Position numbers and translations under genes: made by a program. Shown piece after piece: positions 38,803 to 48,321 of a DNA stretch of 64,000 nucleotides. The notes beneath the pieces are model-generated. The model was not told where the DNA came from and made no database searches. It was given only the letters and a program-made list of their open reading frames with translations. The DNA is from Sulfolobales archaeon (GTDB taxonomy: Archaea; Thermoproteota; Thermoprotei_A; Sulfolobales; NBVN01), in assembly GCA_038841535.1 (NCBI GenBank), contig JAWBTQ010000003.1:91174-155173 (forward strand), given 5' to 3'. Every line of letters begins with the position of its first letter. The stretch's first letter is position 1.

Positions 38803-41223
38803 CTATTTGAAGTCGAACAAGGTTTTTCCAGCTTTAGATATGGCCTCCAACTGCTTCTCGCTAACGCCGAAGTACTCTAGAATCCGCATGGCGGCAGGTA
38901 CTATCTGGTGTTTCACATAATAATCGACGTCTATATCACTAAGCTTAGCCATGAAGTACGGTGCAGCTCTCGAAGATATCGGTGTCTGACCTCTCGTTAT
39001 TACGTAACCTATCTTATCTCCTTTCTCCACCTTAAAACCGAGGCCTATCATTTTCTTAGCCGCAGTTACGTGTGGGGCGTTGACCTCGTATTCGTCTAGG
39101 GATTTAGTCAGTGTTTTCCAAATCACTAGCTTTTCAAGGGGTATTTTCTGCTGCTTTAGCTCTAGTACCACGCTTCTCACGTAGTCGGTAGCTTTTTTAG
39201 TATCACCGGTTTCTAGGACGATCTTAGCTACGTTCTCCTGGACTTCCTTCGCTATTTCTGACCAATCACCTCTCACTGCCTCAAATCCGACTATATCGAT
39301 TCTTCCGTCATCTAGTATTCCAACATATCTCTTCTTGGCCTCAGTGAAGAAGACTCTTTTGTATACTTTATCTACCTTTATCTCTAGCTCTAGTACCTTC
39401 ATGACTTCTTCTATAAACTTGCTAACCTCTGGTCTATTTGAGATGAACAAGGAATCTGTATCTCCGTATATAACCTCAAGGCCTAAGTTCTCCGCTAGGC
39501 TTATCGCTTTTTTTATCGTATCCCGACCGATTGCTGTTACGGCTTCGGCGCCTGGCTTAAAATACCATCGAGCACCTACCCACCCCATGTAACCGTATGA
39601 TGCGTTAGCCAGTATCTTTAAAGCTCTTTGTCTCTCATCCAAGATCAGGTGCTCCGGAGAACCAAGAGGATACTTTTTCATCTCCTCTCTGACTACTCTC
39701 CTTAACCTGAGGAGGGTTTCGAGAACGCTCTTGTAGAAGCCCGGAGGGTCCTTTCTAAAGCAGTAGTTCGTGCCCGGAATCTTGTAGTGATTTTCGCATT
39801 CCCCCTCGACATATGTGTCTGGTCCTATATTGTATTTGACCATTATGTTCGGATACATTGAAGTAAAGTCTAGAACTGCTACGTTACTGTGAACTCCCTT
39901 CTTGGGCTCTAAAACAACAGCTCCCTTGTAGGGTTCATACTCTCTCTCTAACCTATTAGGTATTAGTTCACCCATCTTTACTGCTGACCTCATTAAGTAC
40001 CACTCAAGTCTGTAACCTACAGATGCGGCACCAACCTGGTCGAGAGGTAAACCTGTCAGTGAGGATAGCTGCATCGCGAATGGGATAAACTTCTCAGAAA
40101 GCCTCAACGTCGATACGACGTCGTCTTTAGCGTAGTTGAGTAGTAGGCCTCTCTTGCTTCTATCGTCCCAATAGGCATGTATCTCGTGTCCAGGAATAAG
40201 AGTTCTCTCACTCTTTTTCATAACCCCTAGGTAATCAGCTACAGTATCTAGAGACTTTATTTTGATTTCAGGAATCTCTTCTGCGAAGTTGTATATATCG
40301 ACATGAAGCCTCCCGGGAATCGAGTAATGTCCGTGAACTGAAGGCCTTGGAATACCACCGCGGACTCTCCCTATATCTAGGCTTAGACCCAGCTTGCTGG
40401 CTCTTTCAACAAGATACGGTAGGTCGAACTTGTTAGAGTTATATCCGACGACAATGTCTGGGTCGTAAGCAAGAACATAGTTAATGAACTCCTTGACTAA
40501 GTCCCTATCTTGAGGTGGTGACCCCTCGGAAGCCGTGAGTAACTTGAGATCTCCATCGGAAGTAGCCAGCGAAATCACGATCACTGGATCGCGCGATGGG
40601 TCTACAGCACCACGAGGATTATAGACTTCTATATCTAGTGCTAAGATCCTGAGCCTCGGGGGAACAGTCCTATCTAGAGGTCTTAGCCTACCCGCAAGTC
40701 CGTACATAGAGTTGACCCTGTATCCACTAACTCCCTCTAAAGGTTCGACCTCAGCTTCATACCACTGACATGGTGGTACGTCACTGTCTAGTACGTACCT
40801 CATGCTGAACCTTATGTCGGCCTCAACTACGTCGACTACATCTTTTAGCTTCTTAACTAGCTCTCTATAGTCCCTAACCGCTTCGGGCTTAACTGTAGTT
40901 ATCTTAACTACCTTAACAGGCTTTCCATAGTACTTCTTATAACCCACTTCTGTGGAAGTAATGGGTGAATCTCCTCTAGACAAGATCTTGATCTTGCTCA
41001 AGACTCCATACTCATCGACTTCCTCTCTAAGGATTACATAGAAGTACGGTCTGAAGCTCTTGTCTACAATAAGAATTCTCCTACCATCATCAGATACTCC
41101 CCACAAAAGAATAGTGGGGACACCACCGTGGATCTCGTAACTCACATCGAGTAGGTAAAATCTTAACTTCACTTCTAGCTCCAAGAAGCTCTGGACTAGA
41201 TAATTAATAAACATACAAAACAC
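38803..41223 (-). CDS. polB3: Family B DNA polymerase (PolB3)
   Basis: Exo DIE, YNSNKFD; pol DFTSMYP, KILANASYG, YGDTDS; no intein; true start probably near 41172. Confidence 0.92.
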   Translation of the reverse strand: MFCMFINYLVQSFLELEVKLRFYLLDVSYEIHGGVPTILLWGVSDDGRRILIVDKSFRPYFYVILREEVDEYGVLSKIKILSRGDSPITSTEVGYKKYYGKPVKVVKITTVKPEAVRDYRELVKKLKDVVDVVEADIRFSMRYVLDSDVPPCQWYEAEVEPLEGVSGYRVNSMYGLAGRLRPLDRTVPPRLRILALDIEVYNPRGAVDPSRDPVIVISLATSDGDLKLLTASEGSPPQDRDLVKEFINYVLAYDPDIVVGYNSNKFDLPYLVERASKLGLSLDIGRVRGGIPRPSVHGHYSIPGRLHVDIYNFAEEIPEIKIKSLDTVADYLGVMKKSERTLIPGHEIHAYWDDRSKRGLLLNYAKDDVVSTLRLSEKFIPFAMQLSSLTGLPLDQVGAASVGYRLEWYLMRSAVKMGELIPNRLEREYEPYKGAVVLEPKKGVHSNVAVLDFTSMYPNIMVKYNIGPDTYVEGECENHYKIPGTNYCFRKDPPGFYKSVLETLLRLRRVVREEMKKYPLGSPEHLILDERQRALKILANASYGYMGWVGARWYFKPGAEAVTAIGRDTIKKAISLAENLGLEVIYGDTDSLFISNRPEVSKFIEEVMKVLELEIKVDKVYKRVFFTEAKKRYVGILDDGRIDIVGFEAVRGDWSEIAKEVQENVAKIVLETGDTKKATDYVRSVVLELKQQKIPLEKLVIWKTLTKSLDEYEVNAPHVTAAKKMIGLGFKVEKGDKIGYVITRGQTPISSRAAPYFMAKLSDIDVDYYVKHQIVPAAMRILEYFGVSEKQLEAISKAGKTLFDFK

Positions 41224-41621
41224 ACAGAGCTGGAGATCTGGAAAGAGTTTTCACAACTTTTTCTATATAACTGAAACAACGTCGACTAACATCTAGCAGG
41301 GGAATAAGTTTAGTTAGGAGGCCTGCGAGTCTGTGAACTTGCTCGTAGTGAGCAAACTAATTTTCAATTTAAAGTGAGTTATGAAGCGAGCTACTTTATA
41401 CAGAGATTTAAGGCTTTGAGCTACCTAGTTGTCTCTAGAGCAACGGGCTTAAGCATTGCGGTGACTTTAAGCGATAATGAGAGTAATGGTCAGGGCTACT
41501 CTGATTACGAGCCCCCAATCCTACATGAGCTCTTCATCAACTAGGTTGGCCGTCACTAACGAACTCGGGGGACACGAAGTCTACGTGAGTAGAGCGGGAG
41601 AATAATGAACAAGCGGTAGAC

Positions 41622-42860
41622 CTATCCGCGAGCTGTGGCTGATACTATCTTGATTACGTCTCCGTCAGATACTTTATACTCCGCACCAGTTCTCTTGTTT
41701 TTGTTTACTATGTGGGCAGCTATGAATCCCTTAGCTAGCTCCGTATGTACTATCTCAGCTAATTCTAGTGCTGTTGTTCCTTGCCTAACGAGATAAGCGT
41801 CTGGGAGAACGTTTCCGTCTTTATCACTTAGCTTGGAGACGTTTTCGACGGGATACACTATGATCATCTTGAGCACGTCGAAAACTGCTGTATCTATAGC
41901 CCTTTGGACGCCGGTTCCTCCGTATTTCTTCATGAATTCCCTTATTTTATCTAGTGCTACCCTCTGTTTTGCGGTCAACTTTGATTCATCTAATACCTCA
42001 AAGCTCGGGTCGCCAGGTAAGTATCTTACTAACCCAGACCTAGCAGCTTTTCTTAGAGCTAGTTCAAATAGTGAGCTTACTGGTATAATCACTTTTCTAT
42101 CCTTTAAGCTATTGATGGCCCTTCTATAGTTATCTTCAGCTTCCAGAATGTCCATTTTATTTGCCACTACTATAATAGGCTTGGCCAGCTCCCTCAGCTT
42201 CCGGGAGAATAATCTCAGCTCCCCCTCTCTCCATGACCCAGGCTTAGTGTTTTCGAGCTTAGCTTCGCGCAATGCATCAACTACATGCTCCCTTCTTATG
42301 GATAGACCTGAAACTCTCTTCGCTATTCTGGAAACAGCTTCATCCCAAGGTAATGTGTCTAACCCTCTTGAGAACCTATCCCAATCACGAGCTATTACTC
42401 CATAAAACCACTCATTTATCTCGTATTCTATGGACTCTATCTCGTCGAGGGGATCATAGTAGCCCGGTCTCACGGGGTTACCCTCTTCATCCGTCTCACC
42501 AGCCATGTCTACTATGTGGAGAAGAACGTCTGCCTGTCTTAGATCATCCATGAACTTATTCCCTAATCCCCTCCCTTTATGCGCACCTTTTATGAGACCC
42601 GCAACATCGTAGACCTTTACGGGCACGAACCTATAGCCCCCTAGGCAGATGGAATTCTTAGGATTGCAGTACCGGAGTCCTAATTCTACATGAGCACATT
42701 TTTTCCTGACGTACGCTATACCTATGTTCGGGTCTATAGTAACGAAAGGTCTGTTCTCGATTTTTGCGTCGAGTAGTGTAGCAGCTGAGAAGAAAGTTGT
42801 TTTACCTACATTAGTTTTACCGACAATTCCCACAATCACAGTCTGCGGTGGCATCTCCAC
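41622..42860 (-). CDS. ychF: YchF/Ola1-family OBG-like ATPase with TGS domain
   Basis: GKTNVGKT, PFVTIDPN, DVAGL, GLGNKF, TGS domain. Confidence 0.88.
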   Translation of the reverse strand: MEMPPQTVIVGIVGKTNVGKTTFFSAATLLDAKIENRPFVTIDPNIGIAYVRKKCAHVELGLRYCNPKNSICLGGYRFVPVKVYDVAGLIKGAHKGRGLGNKFMDDLRQADVLLHIVDMAGETDEEGNPVRPGYYDPLDEIESIEYEINEWFYGVIARDWDRFSRGLDTLPWDEAVSRIAKRVSGLSIRREHVVDALREAKLENTKPGSWREGELRLFSRKLRELAKPIIVVANKMDILEAEDNYRRAINSLKDRKVIIPVSSLFELALRKAARSGLVRYLPGDPSFEVLDESKLTAKQRVALDKIREFMKKYGGTGVQRAIDTAVFDVLKMIIVYPVENVSKLSDKDGNVLPDAYLVRQGTTALELAEIVHTELAKGFIAAHIVNKNKRTGAEYKVSDGDVIKIVSATARG

Positions 42861-42950
42861 TCATCCAAGTTAATAGAGCTTAATTAGAACTTAAGTTGTT
42901 ACTATATCACACATATTTTTTTTGTGCTCAAGTGTGATCCGGTTCCTGAA

Positions 42951-44765
42951 GTGGGTGGATTAGTCTTCATTAGGTCTCTGCGAGGCCTCAACGTAATTCC
43001 CCTAGCTAGGCTTGCTCTAACGAGAATGGAGTTTCGAGGTAGAGACTGTAGTGGACTGGCATGGCTTGAGGGAGGTGAGGTGAGAGTAGTCAAGGACTCG
43101 TGCCCAATTGGTGAGCTCTATAGTAAGTACTCTATTGAAGACAGGTCGGCGATTAGCGTACTTGGACACACGAGGTACTCAACGCACGGAAAAGCTGACG
43201 CAAGGAACGCTCACCCACATACAGACTGCGAAAAGATTGTTGCTGTCGTAGGTGATGGAGCTATAAGAAACTACGAGGAGCTTTCTACGGAATTAGTGGA
43301 GAAAGGACACAAGCTTAGCTCGAAATCCGACTTCGAGCTCTTACCGCACCTCATAGAGGACTTCGTGAGAAAAGGGTTAAGTCATACGAGGGCGTTTACA
43401 GAAGCTGTAGCTAAGCTTCAGGGTTTTGTGACTGCTATTGCCCTCTTTAAAGATGGTTCAGCTATTGCTTACACGTCCCACCAACCGATCTATGTGGGGA
43501 TCGGCAGAGACCTCTTGGCAATAGCTTCCACTCTCTCCAGTCTTCACAACATAGTAGTAAAGTATTCTGAAGTTAGTGGAGGTGAGATGGTTGTCATAAC
43601 GAGTGAAGGTAGTGTAGTTTTTGCTGACTTGAACGGGAGAACTCTCTCGCGGCAATTCCTAGAATACGACCTCGACGAATCTCTAGTAGAAACAAGCGGG
43701 TTCCCCCACCACATGCTTCGTGAAATATACGAGATACCCTACAGTGTTTTAAGAACAGCTTCAGCACTCCAAGCCAAGTACTTAGAGCTGGCCTCTAAGA
43801 TGATACATAGGAGTAACAGAGTTTTCGTAATAGCTAACGGAACGAGTTTTCATGCTGGCATGGTGTTCTCTTACTACCTCTCAGAGCTAGCTGGTATAGT
43901 ACCAGCTGTAGTCAGCGCATCCGAGTTCTTGCTATACTACCTCGACGGCGTAAGTGTAGGTGACTCAGTAATAGCTATAAGTCAGTCTGGTGAGACCTCG
44001 GAAGTTGTTAGGTCTGCTTATGAGGCTAGACTCAGAGGTGCCACTGTAATAGGGGTCACTAACAACATAAACTCGAGGCTAACAAGGTTTTCAAACATAT
44101 ATCTACCCATAGCTGCCGGTCCAGAACTAGCTGTTCCAGCAACTAAAACCTTTACGTCAACACTAGCGTTGCTGTATACTTTAGCTAGATCTATCGCAAC
44201 TATAGCTAGTAAGCCTACCTCTAGTACCTTAGCCGAGACTTGGAGTGAATTCGAAAACATACACAGCATTCTGCTTGAAAACCTAAACAAGGTATCGTTA
44301 GAAGCTGAAGAAGCCTCAAAACACCTCATAAAGTGCTCCAGTGGGTACGTCGTATCAAGAGGTATAGCTTACCCACTAGCTCTAGAGGGAGCTCTAAAGA
44401 TCAAAGAAGCTGCGTACATACACGCGGAAGGCATTGAAGGAGGTGAGTTAAGGCACGGACCTATAGCAATCCTAGGCGAAAACATGTTCGTTGTGTTCAT
44501 AGAACCTCTGGAACCAGTAGCTGCTGAAGACATGCTAAAGGTAGTTGAAGAAGTACTAGAGTATGGAAGTCCGATAGTACTCATATCTCACACCACTAAG
44601 AGTGAGAGATTTATGCGTACCGGGATAAGAGTGCCCAGCATGAAAAGACACTTCATGCCGATAGCTATAGCGGTAGCTCTACAACTCTTAGCCTATTACC
44701 TAGCTAGGTGGAGGGGGATAAACGTAGATAAACCCAGAAGGCTAACTAAAGTCGTAAAGATGTAG
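42951..44765 (+). CDS. GlmS-like protein (GATase II plus two SIS domains) with degenerate glutaminase site
   Basis: GHTRYSTHG, NAHPH, SQSGET, ATKTF, EGALKIKE, PRRLTKVV; starts MGG rather than MCG, and HNG is replaced by GDG. Confidence 0.85.
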   Translation: MGGLVFIRSLRGLNVIPLARLALTRMEFRGRDCSGLAWLEGGEVRVVKDSCPIGELYSKYSIEDRSAISVLGHTRYSTHGKADARNAHPHTDCEKIVAVVGDGAIRNYEELSTELVEKGHKLSSKSDFELLPHLIEDFVRKGLSHTRAFTEAVAKLQGFVTAIALFKDGSAIAYTSHQPIYVGIGRDLLAIASTLSSLHNIVVKYSEVSGGEMVVITSEGSVVFADLNGRTLSRQFLEYDLDESLVETSGFPHHMLREIYEIPYSVLRTASALQAKYLELASKMIHRSNRVFVIANGTSFHAGMVFSYYLSELAGIVPAVVSASEFLLYYLDGVSVGDSVIAISQSGETSEVVRSAYEARLRGATVIGVTNNINSRLTRFSNIYLPIAAGPELAVPATKTFTSTLALLYTLARSIATIASKPTSSTLAETWSEFENIHSILLENLNKVSLEAEEASKHLIKCSSGYVVSRGIAYPLALEGALKIKEAAYIHAEGIEGGELRHGPIAILGENMFVVFIEPLEPVAAEDMLKVVEEVLEYGSPIVLISHTTKSERFMRTGIRVPSMKRHFMPIAIAVALQLLAYYLARWRGINVDKPRRLTKVVKM

Positions 44766-44891
44766 GAGCCGGCTATGATCGGTAAGCAGCAGCCTGCGGA
44801 ACCAGGAGTGATGCTAGAACTAAACCAGCACTACAGGATAGGTGAGAGACGAAGTCAACCAACATATAAGATGCGGGGAACATCTCTAATC

Positions 44892-44905
44892 AAAACCTTA
44901 TAAGT
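44892..44905 (+). promoter_or_regulatory. Putative BRE/TATA promoter of the tRNA-Gln 3' half
   Basis: AAAACCTTATAAGT about 25 nt upstream of the G-run at 44924. Confidence 0.65.
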
Positions 44906-44923
44906 AAGTTAACACGGTCTATT

Positions 44924-44987
44924 GGGGGGTAGGCGGCCGAGCGGGAGATCCCCCGTGACCGGGGTTCGAATCCCCGCCCGGCTACCA
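44924..44987 (+). tRNA. 3' half of tRNA-Gln with GC-rich leader (candidate split/trans-spliced tRNA)
   Basis: 44950-44987 = C38, CCCCG, TGAC, CGGGG-TTCGAAT-CCCCG, CCCGGCT, A73, CCA. U72 implies A1-U72 as in archaeal tRNA-Gln. Leader GGGGGGTAGGCGGCCGAGCG-GGAG-AT; no D arm or 5' acceptor strand adjacent. Confidence 0.8.
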
Positions 44988-44991
44988 TAGC

Positions 44992-45282
44992 TTACTGTGT
45001 GTAGGTATGTTTTTCAACATATATCGCCTTAACTACTAAGGAGTTACTGTCTTTTGGACACGTACCAACCACCTTACCTACGTAGTCCCCTTTCTCATAC
45101 TTTCTTGAAGATTCGTAACCGCACTTAGGACAGCCTACGAGCTCAACTAGTTCTTCTTTAACTACTTTAGACTTGGAAGTTGTTGCCGAGATCAGCCAGG
45201 GAAGCAGAGTCGTTAGTAAAAGCAGGAACAGAGCTATCAGTAGTGCTGTCATTAATGCGTCGAACTGCTGTAATAGCATCAC
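44992..45282 (-). CDS. Small membrane-anchored zinc-ribbon protein
   Basis: TM helix followed by CPKC...GDYVGK...CPKD; overlaps the DUF1512 gene stop. Confidence 0.7.
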   Translation of the reverse strand: MMLLQQFDALMTALLIALFLLLLTTLLPWLISATTSKSKVVKEELVELVGCPKCGYESSRKYEKGDYVGKVVGTCPKDSNSLVVKAIYVEKHTYTQ

Positions 45283-46376
45283 TTAACACCCACAGTGTTT
45301 CCTACCCCCACAACGACAGCTATTCCTCCGTCTCTAACTTTCTCGGTGATGAGTTTCCGAACTACTTCGTAAGACTTAACAACACCCTCGTGTATTTTCT
45401 TAGAGAGAGGGCTTAGTGCCTCGACTTCACTCATTTTAACTACTACAGCGTCTAGGGGTATAGAGTACTTGCTGGCTACCCTCTCCATGGCTATCTTCTC
45501 TGGTCCTATGTCGCCAATAGCAGCACCGGTACCAAAAGCTACCTCACCTGACTCTTCGCTCTCCAGCTTTAGGGCAGCATCTACAGTGATTATTCTATCG
45601 ATAGTGCCCCCCAACTCTTCAATAAGTTTTTCTAGGGCTTCACCTGGCCAACCGACATTAGAGCCCGGTCCCGACGCCTTAATGACGTACACCTTCCTAC
45701 CTTCAACTTCAGTTTCATATAGGTCTGTTCCCTCCGATATCTCGCGAACCGGTTCTTTCCAGTTCACTAGCATCTTAGCAACTAGAGGACCTACACTATC
45801 ACCTATTGGTATGCCGGAAGTAAAGGCGTCTAAGGAGTTTCTATAGGCCTTAGCTATCTCTACAAGCTCTGGCATTTGAATAGCTAGCTGCATCACTAAG
45901 ATCCAGTTGTTATACTTAAGTCCTAGCTCTAGATAGTGCCTAATTAGTTTGTTTAGTAGTCTCAACACGCTCACTATCTCTAAGACCGTCTCAACAGAGT
46001 ACTGAACGCTCCTCTCCGCACTATTTAAAACCCTTCTCACGTAGTCTCTAACGGAACTTTCTCGAACTCTAATGAGATGCTTAAACCTTCTTATTATGTC
46101 TGTGGGCTCCATGTCTACAGGTCTTATAAGGAAGAAGTTATCCATAAACCCCTCGAGAACCTTTGAAGGTTCTTTAATTCCAGTACTACTCATATACGCT
46201 ACTGCCTTTCTTCTAGCATCAACCTCCATTTCCTCGAGAGTATATAGTTTCCTTCTCACAAACGAGGAGAACCTATGCAGTTGGATCCTCTGCGGTATAT
46301 CAGTAAAGTTCATTAGTAATGACACTAAAAAGAGTAGCACTATTAGGTACGACGCTATCTCACTACCTCCGTTCAC
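45279..46376 (-). CDS. DUF1512 family protein
   Basis: N-terminal TM, PVDMEPTDII, PIGDSVGP, IITVDAALKLE, GVGNTVGV. Confidence 0.78.
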   Translation of the reverse strand: MNGGSEIASYLIVLLFLVSLLMNFTDIPQRIQLHRFSSFVRRKLYTLEEMEVDARRKAVAYMSSTGIKEPSKVLEGFMDNFFLIRPVDMEPTDIIRRFKHLIRVRESSVRDYVRRVLNSAERSVQYSVETVLEIVSVLRLLNKLIRHYLELGLKYNNWILVMQLAIQMPELVEIAKAYRNSLDAFTSGIPIGDSVGPLVAKMLVNWKEPVREISEGTDLYETEVEGRKVYVIKASGPGSNVGWPGEALEKLIEELGGTIDRIITVDAALKLESEESGEVAFGTGAAIGDIGPEKIAMERVASKYSIPLDAVVVKMSEVEALSPLSKKIHEGVVKSYEVVRKLITEKVRDGGIAVVVGVGNTVGVK

Positions 46377-46486
46377 AGCCTACACCACATAGGTAGAAGT
46401 AGCTACATTTTTAACCTATTTAAAGCGGTCATCCAGGGATGGAGTTACATCATCTAGTCATTATTGGAGTCACTAATCATCCCGAG

Positions 46487-46576
<90 letters not shown>

Positions 46577-46783
46577 CTCCATAAGTGTGGTTCAGAGAAA
46601 ACTTAAATAGTTTCATGGTTGAGTACAAAGTTCCAAGTCTAAGTCACTGTAGGTTGGCTTAGGTAGGAGGCGCCTCAAATTCCTAGCTCACGGTAGATGC
46701 TGTCTGCTGTGCGTTGTGATTCGAACTCATAAGCTCAACGACTCATGGCTTGCGGGCAATACGCATTAAGGGTTTTGGTCATT

Positions 46784-47049
46784 GAAGAACCGCCGCCCGT
46801 AAGGAAGGGAGTATTAAGAAAATAGCAATATGTAGGCAACGATTGAGAAGAGAACCAGGTGCTCATTGCAGACAGCAAGAGAAATGAGGAACTCTCTAGA
46901 CAAGCGTTAGCAGGCTCTCCCCTCTAAGGGGCGGGTAACAGTAGGATATGTTGTGCGTCTACTAGCAATAAAGCAATGAAGATAAGGGATAGTAAATAGC
47001 AAATAAGTCGGTCTCTAACGGGAACCCCTCAGGGCTGGAAGGAAGTCAG
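46784..47049 (+). mobile_element. Cluster of degenerate IS200/IS605-type end remnants
   Basis: Hairpin-like motifs at 46784-46817, 46911-46941 and 47020-47049; the last aligns with the reverse complement of 1539-1575. Confidence 0.45.
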
Positions 47050-48321
47050 AACATCTAACATCACTACTTTAATGCGTTTTCCAGTAACTTCAGAAAAACT
47101 GGGAGTAGTCCTTCCGTTATCGCCGTCCACAAACTCCTTGACGTAGAGACCTCCATCTACTCTTATTAATGTTTCTAGAAGGTATTTAGATATTAGGTTA
47201 ACACTTACTTCATACACTCTCTTACGGCGGACCACGTCTTTCCTTCTATCGAGTACTCTAGTAGGAGTCCTCTGGTATATCACTTTATTGCTTAAGCTAA
47301 GAACTTTTAAAACGTCTTCTTCACGGAGTCCTTCTGGAGCGATCGCCACTATTCTATACGTTTTCTTAGTAGGTCTAGTCTTTATCGCTCTAACGTACTC
47401 TCTTGTCGTTTTACCGTATATGATCACCTGAGTCCAAGGTGTCGATCTCAGGTTTATTTCCTGAGTGTAAGTATTGGGGAGAGAGCGCCGGACTGGGTCT
47501 TTAATCTCTATAACCACAGGTCTACCATCTCCTAGCACTCTGGCATCCGCGTCTTCGCGGCCTGCCGCATGTAGTACAAGCTTCTTACCTCCAAAGATTT
47601 CTAAAACGCTTTGGCAGGTTTCATATATAGAAAGCTTGTACTTTCTTGTTCCATTTCTTCTAACCCAAGGCATCTGAGATATGTATCTACCTGTTTTTAC
47701 GTACTTACCTCTAAGTAGGAGTGGAAAGACCTTAACATCGACTTTCCTATTCTCCAGGTCCAATACTACAAGAACATCTGGATTGCTGAAGCTTGGCGTA
47801 ATTGATAGCTCCCTAGATACGTACTTACCGACTAGCCGCTTAACCTCTCTGCGCACGCTTTCCCAAGTATCGAGACCTAGCACTCCAATTACCTCCAGCT
47901 CCCGCTTTTCGTACTTTGAGCCAGCTTCAACACCGACAAGAAAGCTAGATAACTCACCCTGCTTATCCTTAAGCAGCTTAAGAGCTCCTTCTCCTAGTTC
48001 CAAGATGATTCTATCTAGCTCTGAACCGCATATATAGCAAGTCCCCACATGACCTAACTGGGGCTTTGGTTCTACAGGTAACGGTAGCCCGATGTTCACC
48101 TTCAAATTCTCTAACTCATCTTCTCTGAGTCTAATCTCGGCAAGAAACATTGCGAGGAAAGTCTTAATAGCTCTTCCGCGATCAGCATTATCTATTCCTC
48201 TACCGAGCCTAGCGAATAGTCTCCCTAAGCAACGGTCACATAAAGGGTATTTTAAAAGAACTCTTAACGCTGCTTCCATAACCCTACTTATGTTCTCCCA
48301 TCTATCAGTCAGATCCTCCAC
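47029..48321 (-). CDS. pus10: tRNA pseudouridine(54/55) synthase Pus10
   Basis: LCDRCLGRLF, CYIC, HAAGREDADAR, QRTPTRV, GGLYVKE. Confidence 0.93.
   Translation of the reverse strand: MEDLTDRWENISRVMEAALRVLLKYPLCDRCLGRLFARLGRGIDNADRGRAIKTFLAMFLAEIRLREDELENLKVNIGLPLPVEPKPQLGHVGTCYICGSELDRIILELGEGALKLLKDKQGELSSFLVGVEAGSKYEKRELEVIGVLGLDTWESVRREVKRLVGKYVSRELSITPSFSNPDVLVVLDLENRKVDVKVFPLLLRGKYVKTGRYISQMPWVRRNGTRKYKLSIYETCQSVLEIFGGKKLVLHAAGREDADARVLGDGRPVVIEIKDPVRRSLPNTYTQEINLRSTPWTQVIIYGKTTREYVRAIKTRPTKKTYRIVAIAPEGLREEDVLKVLSLSNKVIYQRTPTRVLDRRKDVVRRKRVYEVSVNLISKYLLETLIRVDGGLYVKEFVDGDNGRTTPSFSEVTGKRIKVVMLDVLTSFQP

Noticed and set aside
38803-41223. Possible intein or inactivated polymerase
   Set aside because: Length is normal and all exonuclease and polymerase motifs are intact.
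44767-44880. AGCCGGC (44767) and AAGATGCGGGG (about 44868) as a possible 5' half or multi-intron version of tRNA-Gln
   Set aside because: The acceptor strand mismatches (needs AGCCGGG), there is no D arm, no CT-YTG anticodon after CGGGG and no complement to the leader; a TATA box separates it from the 3' half.
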